A program made the position numbers and the translations under genes. The notes beneath the pieces were generated by a model that saw only the letters and a list, made by a program, of their open reading frames with translations, was not told where the DNA came from and searched no databases. A stretch of 60,483 nt of DNA from a virus (taxonomy: Duplodnaviria; Caudoviricetes): positions 1-60,483 of IMG/VR virus record IMGVR_UViG_3300020045_006193. One strand, 5' to 3'. Shown here piece after piece: positions 54,729-60,483 of this stretch; position 1 is the stretch's first letter, and every line of letters starts with the position of its first letter.

Positions 54729-55027
54729 TTATTTTCTCTCAATTCAATATGTCCACGTTTTTCCAGTGCGTTGCTGAAAACTTCACTCAGTTTATTAAAC
54801 GCCGCGCTCATTTCCTTCCTGTCCTGCGCCGCTAACTCGCTATTACGATTAAGCTGACAGACAAAAGTGGCGGTAAGTTCAGCAACGGCTTTGTCATGCG
54901 AAGCGTTTATGCGCTCGATTTGCTCAGTGTGCAAATTATTAGTTTGTTGATTGAGTTGATACATTCGCCAAATTACCCACGCCAAAACTAGCGCAAATAG
55001 GGCAAAAATACTGTCGGTCAGACTCAT
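54725..55027 (-). CDS. Single-TM coiled-coil protein, holin candidate (start revised to MSLTDS)
   Basis: IFALFALVLAWVIW TM followed by a helix; about 450 bp from the endolysin. Confidence 0.5.
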   Translation of the reverse strand: MSLTDSIFALFALVLAWVIWRMYQLNQQTNNLHTEQIERINASHDKAVAELTATFVCQLNRNSELAAQDRKEMSAAFNKLSEVFSNALEKRGHIELRENK

Positions 55028-55106
55028 TATTTGAGTTAAAGCGGGTTCATTTGGCACGATAAAATCTCGAAAATAAATTGATGGTATCACATCCTGAATT
55101 TTAGGC

Positions 55107-55143
55107 AAAAAAAAACCCGCTAACGTGAAAGTTATTAGCGGGT
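55107..55143 (-). terminator. Intrinsic terminator
   Basis: ACCCGCTAA...TTAGCGGGTTTTTTTTT. Confidence 0.85.
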
Positions 55144-55204
55144 CAATTCAGGAGAAGGTCTTATTATGGGCAAATCAAACAGGCTGGAGAACTGTTGAGG
55201 CTAT

Positions 55205-55471
55205 TTAAGCATTTCTAGCTTCGGGTGTCAACTCCCATGGACAATAATACTCAACACCATCAAACTCAAACGCACCACATTTACGGCACTGCTTTTCGTC
55301 TTCGCCGTGGACGTGAGTGTAGTGATGGTCAAGGCATTCAAAATGCTCACAGTCGTGAAATACGGTTTTCGGGTACAAAAATTCTACTTTTTGACCGTCA
55401 CGCATCAGCTGACCTTTTTTGCATTTGTCGCGGTCTTTGCAGTTTTGGTTTGTGCAGTGTGTTGTCATCAC
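55205..55471 (-). CDS. Cys/His-rich small protein
   Basis: Coupled to the endolysin stop; several Cys/His clusters. Confidence 0.6.
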   Translation of the reverse strand: MMTTHCTNQNCKDRDKCKKGQLMRDGQKVEFLYPKTVFHDCEHFECLDHHYTHVHGEDEKQCRKCGAFEFDGVEYYCPWELTPEARNA

Positions 55472-55932
55472 TCGTACTCCCTTACCAGTTCGCCACGCAC
55501 TAGGCGCACTAATCTCTCCACGCGGTTAGGCGTTTGCTTGTACCACTTACTTTGCTTCATGCCAACTACAACCGCGTCGGGTCTATCTTCTCGCATGGCT
55601 TTCATCGTGTTTTTAAACTCCAGTGCGCCGTCAATACCCATCTGAAAAACCATGCTAATTATCACTGGCTTATATTTTTCTTCAAGTGCGTCAAAAAATG
55701 GCATATTGCGCTTGATGCCAGCATAAACATTTTTTAAGTCACGCTCGAACAGTGCCGTGCATTCTTCCTCGGTTATTTTGTCGTGGAGTTTTACTTTGCG
55801 CTTTAAGATGTCTAATGCGCTATCCGCCTCAATGTTGTGACCGATACCCACGGTAAGAATGCCCTTGGTGTCTGGGTATGCGTCGAGCCGACGACCTTCT
55901 TCAAATGCAATCATTTTTTGAATATTAATCAT
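55468..55932 (-). CDS. T4-lysozyme-type endolysin (GH24)
   Basis: E-x8-D-x5-T triad in EEGRRLDAYPDTKGILTVGIGH; MVFQMG; SKWYKQTPNR. Confidence 0.93.
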   Translation of the reverse strand: MINIQKMIAFEEGRRLDAYPDTKGILTVGIGHNIEADSALDILKRKVKLHDKITEEECTALFERDLKNVYAGIKRNMPFFDALEEKYKPVIISMVFQMGIDGALEFKNTMKAMREDRPDAVVVGMKQSKWYKQTPNRVERLVRLVRGELVREYE

Positions 55933-55936
55933 AATC

Positions 55937-56170
55937 TTATCTCTGGTGTTTTATTTCTATCGAGTCATCGTTAAACGATTTTACAGCTCCGCAGTCATCA
56001 TTTAAGCATACCTTTATTTTTTTAGATGCTACTGTCATCCAAATATGGAGGCATTCATAGCAGTATGGTTTTACACCCAGTTGTGTGGCTGGCGGGTACA
56101 TTTCCCTCCCTTTGCCGTACTTGTTGCGGTTTGCGCACGTTTCAAAATGATTGCAGTTTGTGCATTTCAT
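55937..56170 (-). CDS. Small Cys-rich protein
   Basis: CxxC motifs; coupled chain. Confidence 0.6.
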   Translation of the reverse strand: MKCTNCNHFETCANRNKYGKGREMYPPATQLGVKPYCYECLHIWMTVASKKIKVCLNDDCGAVKSFNDDSIEIKHQR

Positions 56171-56664
56171 GGTTTTGCCCTGAATTTATCAAGATGTGCA
56201 TTACATTCTTTGATCGTTGCATTAGCCCACATTGCGTGATTTTTTAGAGATATGCAGTTGCCGTACAATTGCGTATGAGCAAATGATTTTATATAAATTC
56301 TCGCGCCGCGAAAAACAGCAAGGTATTTATCGTCAATGTGCCTAGCCAAACGAGTTGCTGACACACCCATAAACTCTGCTATCTCACTGACCGAAAAAAG
56401 CTCGCGCCCTTTTTTGTCTTTTAAAAACTCGTCTTTGCTTAGTAAAAAATCAGCAAATAGTTTTTTGTAGTAATGGTCGGTACTGATAAAAGCCGACGCT
56501 TGACTTGATTCATCTTTTTTGACTGCTATTTTTTGACCGCATAAATGCGCGATTGTCCCAGAGTAAATAGTGACTGGAAAATTACTTCCAGACTTGCCTC
56601 GTCTTGTTGTTTGTAGTGCTTGCATTATTTGATTTCCTGTTTTAGGGTCCGCTGTTTTTATCAA
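56167..56664 (-). CDS. Hypothetical protein with a possible HTH
   Basis: FSVSEIAEFMGVSATRL segment; TTG start uncertain. Confidence 0.5.
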   Translation of the reverse strand: MIKTADPKTGNQIMQALQTTRRGKSGSNFPVTIYSGTIAHLCGQKIAVKKDESSQASAFISTDHYYKKLFADFLLSKDEFLKDKKGRELFSVSEIAEFMGVSATRLARHIDDKYLAVFRGARIYIKSFAHTQLYGNCISLKNHAMWANATIKECNAHLDKFRAKP

Positions 56665-56697
56665 TCAACACCGCGCCGTTCGTGGTTTTAGGTTTTG

Positions 56698-56979
56698 CTA
56701 ATCAGTAATTTCATTGGTTTTCGGGCCCGCTTTTTTAGTCCCTAATCGAGTCCGTGAGCAATTGATTCCAACGCACTTGGGCGAACAAAATCGTTTCTGT
56801 TTTTTTCTATCCAGCGGATCACCGCATATTTCACAAAAACAGCCTTCAATGTCGCTAATAAAATCTTCTTCGGTGTCGTCGATAAATCTAATGCCCGTAT
56901 TTGCATCAATGATGATTGTGTAATTATTTCGCCATGATAAAAAGTGATTGATTGGTAGGCTCATTTCAATAAATCCCAT
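56698..56979 (-). CDS. Zinc-finger protein
   Basis: CEICG....KRFCSPKC. Confidence 0.6.
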   Translation of the reverse strand: MGFIEMSLPINHFLSWRNNYTIIIDANTGIRFIDDTEEDFISDIEGCFCEICGDPLDRKKQKRFCSPKCVGINCSRTRLGTKKAGPKTNEITD

Positions 56980-57248
56980 TCTTCAAAAGTCAAAAACTTA
57001 GGGTCATCAATATCGTAACTCCAGATAATCCACCCGCCAGCCTTATTCTTAGCCGCTTCCAACTCTTTGCGCTGCTCGGCTGTGATATTGCGATTTCCAT
57101 TATCCACGCCATTTAGCTGATTCCATAACCAATTTTCACAGCCACAAATCCAGCCAGCGAAATAATGTTCTTCTGATAACTCGGACATTAAGTCGTAAAG
57201 TGCTTGTTGGTCTTCGGTAAAGCTGCCGATTTTAAAAATATCACTCAT
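56961..57248 (-). CDS. Hypothetical Trp-rich protein
   Basis: MSELSEE..AGW...E..LW...GGWI.W; coupled chain. Confidence 0.65.
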   Translation of the reverse strand: MSDIFKIGSFTEDQQALYDLMSELSEEHYFAGWICGCENWLWNQLNGVDNGNRNITAEQRKELEAAKNKAGGWIIWSYDIDDPKFLTFEEWDLLK

Positions 57249-57475
57249 GATTTTGCACTAATTTTTCTAAGTCTAAACAGTTCTTTATATCCATCCCTAA
57301 CCCATAACCTCATACTAAACTCGCATCCTGCGCACAAGCTAATCCCGTTGGCTAGTCCAGTGTGAGTAATGGTTGTTCCACACCCGCAATCACAAATTCG
57401 CTTGCGCCCTCTGGTTTTTTTCACCACACCAAGTGTGCGCTGATCTTTTTCGGAATCTGATGATATTGCGTTCAC
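57245..57475 (-). CDS. Hypothetical protein
   Basis: CDCGC...THTGLANG...GC; coupled chain. Confidence 0.6.
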   Translation of the reverse strand: MNAISSDSEKDQRTLGVVKKTRGRKRICDCGCGTTITHTGLANGISLCAGCEFSMRLWVRDGYKELFRLRKISAKS

Positions 57476-57690
57476 ACCAAAGCCCCTTTATTACATCTCT
57501 TAATCGCCTTGCGTTTTTCAGCAAGCTCCTTTCTCTCTGCTTTCACGACATCGCGCTTTTTCACCGCAGCGTCAAGGGTGTCGAACGTCCCTAGGCAACA
57601 GCTACCAAAATACGGATAAAAACTCGTGCTGCCGTCTTGTTTTGTGTATTTGTAGACGTGTGCAACACCTGCTGATATTAAGCGGCTCAT
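57472..57690 (-). CDS. Small AP2-like DNA-binding protein
   Basis: LGTFDTLDAAV..R motif. Confidence 0.5.
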   Translation of the reverse strand: MSRLISAGVAHVYKYTKQDGSTSFYPYFGSCCLGTFDTLDAAVKKRDVVKAERKELAEKRKAIKRCNKGALV

Positions 57691-59054
57691 TCGTAGCCTC
57701 CCTGTCCATTATGAATATTATCTACACGGGTATATCTACCCTCGTAGTAAGCGCGTACCGTTCCTATTGACCCGTTGCGCTGCTTTCCAATAATAATTTC
57801 CATCACGCCCTTATCTGCGCTGTCTTTGTTGTAAACCTCATCCCTATACAAAAACATCACTAAATCCGCATCTTGCTCGATAGCCCCAGATTGCCTTAAA
57901 TCGCTTAACACTGGGCGTTTATCGGCCCTCGACTCAAGACCACGATTAAGTTGTGACAACGCGAGCATAGGAACGTCGAAATCTTTCGCTATGCGCTTCA
58001 AGCCTGTTGAAATTTTCCCGATTTTCAGTGTTTCGTTTTCGCCTGACTCAGTTATCAACTGCAAATAATCAACCGCCACAAGAGACAATTTTCCATGTTC
58101 GCGCTCAATTCGTCTAATCACAGTACGCATACCAGCCAGTGAGACTGATGATGTATCGCAGTAGTGGATTTCCGCGCTTGATAACAATACGGTTGCCGAT
58201 GTTAGTTTGGGCCAGTCATGATCTTCAAACTTTCCTGTACGCATTTTGTTGAGTTCAATGCGACCGATGGAAGCAGTCATGCGCTCAGTTAATGCAGATT
58301 CAGGCATTTCAATCGAAAATATCAGTACATTAGGTCTGGTATCTTGCAGTGCCACTGCCTCAACGATTCGCATCATTGCCGCCGTTTTCCCCATCGAAGG
58401 TCTTGCCGCTAAAATTACCAAGTCTTTACGTTGCAAGCCGTTGGTTAATTCGTCTAAGTCGATTAATCCAGTAGGCATACCCGTCATAGCCTCGCCGCTT
58501 TCAAATCGTTGCTCAATGCGCTCAACCATTGCCGCCAACGCTGGCTTTATGCCAATAATCTCAATATTATCCACAACTCTTTCTGTTAACTTACCAACAG
58601 CAATATCTATTTTCTCCAACAACTCATTGTTTTCAACACCTAAATCCATTGTCAGGCTATCAATATCAACTATCGACTGCCTGACGTTACGCCGTAGTGA
58701 TTTTTTAAGCAAAATATCAGCATACGCACCAATGTTAACTGCCGTAGGCGTATCCTCGTGAATCATGATTAGGTATGGCAATCCACCAATGCTATCAAGA
58801 ACCCCAAGCATTTTAAGCTCGTCTGACATAGTTACAATATCGGACGGTTTAGACTCATCTGATAGCCGTTTAATAACGCTAAACAGGGCTTTATGATTGT
58901 TGTGATAAAAATCATCCTCGCTAAGTTTATCCGCAATAACTGCCCATGAGTCGTTATCAAGCATCAAGCTACCTAGAACTGCTTGCTCGGCTTGCATTGA
59001 GCTAAACAGCGCGGCTTGTTTTCTGTTATCATCAAATTCATCATGGACATTCAT
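57687..59054 (-). CDS. dnaB: Replicative DNA helicase
   Basis: AEQAVLG, AARPSMGKT, FSIEM, VDYLQL, SQLNR, DLRQSGAIEQDAD, KQRNG. Confidence 0.97.
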   Translation of the reverse strand: MNVHDEFDDNRKQAALFSSMQAEQAVLGSLMLDNDSWAVIADKLSEDDFYHNNHKALFSVIKRLSDESKPSDIVTMSDELKMLGVLDSIGGLPYLIMIHEDTPTAVNIGAYADILLKKSLRRNVRQSIVDIDSLTMDLGVENNELLEKIDIAVGKLTERVVDNIEIIGIKPALAAMVERIEQRFESGEAMTGMPTGLIDLDELTNGLQRKDLVILAARPSMGKTAAMMRIVEAVALQDTRPNVLIFSIEMPESALTERMTASIGRIELNKMRTGKFEDHDWPKLTSATVLLSSAEIHYCDTSSVSLAGMRTVIRRIEREHGKLSLVAVDYLQLITESGENETLKIGKISTGLKRIAKDFDVPMLALSQLNRGLESRADKRPVLSDLRQSGAIEQDADLVMFLYRDEVYNKDSADKGVMEIIIGKQRNGSIGTVRAYYEGRYTRVDNIHNGQGGYE

Positions 59055-59770
59055 AAATCACCTCTTTCCATAAGAGTCTTTATCGCCCTGCTTGCCTCTT
59101 TTCTAAGTCTTTTCTGTCTTTGTGCTGATTGCTTGTGAACGGTCTTTACAAGAGAAACCCTATTAAGTGTTCGCTTTAATTCAGCCATCCTTAAATCAAA
59201 ATCTGCTGGTTTTTCCAATGGCTTAGTATCACAGCCAAGTAGAAGCGTATCCGCCTCGTCTTTTGCTATCAAATTAAGCCGCAATGCGGTATTAACAGCT
59301 GAAACACGCTTATCCTTGTCATACCCTAGGCTTACATAGTAATCAGGTCTAGAATCGCATTTTATGAGACTGGAGTATTTTTCTTTAAATGCGCGGGCGG
59401 ACGAGAATTTATCGCCTGCAAGATAAAGCGGCTCTGCTAGTGATAATGCCTCATTTATTTCTTTCGTGGTAATAAAACTATCATTGTCGTTACCAATCAT
59501 CGGCAACGCTTTTGCCCACGCTTCTTCTGCGCCGATATGCTTACTACCATGTGCGTTATTGATAATTTCAATAATGTCATTAACCGCTGGTGCTGCTTTA
59601 GCGGTTTTACGATGTTTAGCTAGTGCTTGCTTGATAACGTCTAGTGGATAGTTTTCTAAGTCCTCAAAAAACATAATCATGTGTTTTTGGGCAAAGACTT
59701 TTCCGAATGGCATTACATCATGTGTCGCTGTCCATACTTCACAGAATGGCACAAAATCGGTATCAATCAT
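59051..59770 (-). CDS. Probable helicase loader (lambda P positional analogue)
   Basis: Between initiator and DnaB; A..H......P...DII, AEEAW and VSLG.D...R motifs. Confidence 0.6.
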   Translation of the reverse strand: MIDTDFVPFCEVWTATHDVMPFGKVFAQKHMIMFFEDLENYPLDVIKQALAKHRKTAKAAPAVNDIIEIINNAHGSKHIGAEEAWAKALPMIGNDNDSFITTKEINEALSLAEPLYLAGDKFSSARAFKEKYSSLIKCDSRPDYYVSLGYDKDKRVSAVNTALRLNLIAKDEADTLLLGCDTKPLEKPADFDLRMAELKRTLNRVSLVKTVHKQSAQRQKRLRKEASRAIKTLMERGDL

Positions 59771-60483
59771 TGCAAGCCTCCATTATCATCAATGACGATT
59801 GCTGTTGAGTCGATAGCGTTCGAGTCGCCATGTCGATCAAGTGGATAAAACTCGTGTTGCGGCGGTTTTTTTGTGGCATAATTAATTCCTGATTTGTTGT
59901 TTGAAGAAGAACCCGTGTCTAGCGGGTTTTTTTGTGCCTGACGATTTCTTACCCAAGAAACCTCCATGCCTACCCATATCCCGTTATGCCCACCCTTAAT
60001 TGCCATAAGGAGAGCCGCGTTAGCGCACAAACCCTCTTTTTCAATTTCAACTAGCGTTTCCAGATGAGCGCGTATTACTGATTCTTTTTGCGATGCTTTT
60101 GGGTTCTCTGACTTTCTCCCGTTCATCCAATCAATCCATAATTTTTTATCAACGAAATCTGGCAGGTCTATGACGCTGTAATCGAATTCCTCTTTTGCCT
60201 TCTTTTCGCGCTTAGGATTTACAGTGCCAGCATTATTATTTTTCTGTTCAGGTGAGAGCAGGGGTTTTTCTACACTCTCTTTTTCTGTCTCTTTTTCTGT
60301 CTCTTTATCTTCTTTATATACCTCTTTATCTTGCTTACAAGTTGCTTGCAAGTTTTTAGTGTGATTATCCCTATATTTCAATAAGTTAGGAATACTTACC
60401 TGTATTCTTACTTCTGCCTTACCTATACCCTTACCTATACCCTTACCTATACCCTTACCTATACCCTTACCTATACCCTTACC
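59767..60483 (-). CDS. Replication initiator, C-terminal part (joins 1..382)
   Basis: In frame with ATG 382; charged EKETEKE linker; LPDFVD..LW..W...RK C-terminal domain. Confidence 0.8.
   Translation of the reverse strand, partial: GKGIGKGIGKGIGKGIGKGIGKAEVRIQVSIPNLLKYRDNHTKNLQATCKQDKEVYKEDKETEKETEKESVEKPLLSPEQKNNNAGTVNPKREKKAKEEFDYSVIDLPDFVDKKLWIDWMNGRKSENPKASQKESVIRAHLETLVEIEKEGLCANAALLMAIKGGHNGIWVGMEVSWVRNRQAQKNPLDTGSSSNNKSGINYATKKPPQHEFYPLDRHGDSNAIDSTAIVIDDNGGLQ
60363..60483. repeat. Terminal overlap, identical to 1-121
   Basis: Exact match. Confidence 0.97.

Noticed and set aside
60363-60483. 121-bp terminal repeat as a biological direct terminal repeat
   Set aside because: It falls in the middle of a gene and its length is typical of an assembler k-mer overlap; read-end data would be needed to claim physical ends.
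1-60483. Stop-codon reassignment (alternative genetic code)
   Set aside because: Core genes are full length in the standard code, and TAG, TGA and TAA all terminate plausible genes.

Overview
The window looks like a complete, circularly assembled dsDNA tailed-phage genome of about 60.36 kb. Bases 1-121 equal 60363-60483, and the replication-initiator ORF reads in frame across that join. The early region is lambdoid-like: divergent promoters, a Cro-like gene, a candidate annealing protein, a YqaJ exonuclease, and an initiator with iterons, loader and DnaB. The virion module is podovirus-like: TerS/TerL, portal, GroES, scaffold, capsid, adaptor, nozzle, ejection proteins, and no recognisable tape measure. 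Also present are a T4-type endolysin, a 5750-aa DarB-like polyvalent protein, a tRNA cluster with an RNA-ligase remnant, and a three-gene opposite-strand cassette encoding a FimT/FimU-like pilin. I see no integrase, CI repressor, DNA polymerase or reverse transcriptase. The most unusual signals are: (1) two virion proteins with about 60% of Asn in N-X-S/T sequons, suggesting glycosylation by a host cytoplasmic N-glycosyltransferase; (2) the pilin cassette, which shares its RBS/start and a promoter motif with the first early gene; (3) two sequence-unrelated kissing-loop/terminator leaders; (4) miniaturised tRNA-like RNAs; (5) a candidate anti-Shine-Dalgarno sRNA. All family calls come from motif recognition by eye, no database searches were run, and counts are hand counts.
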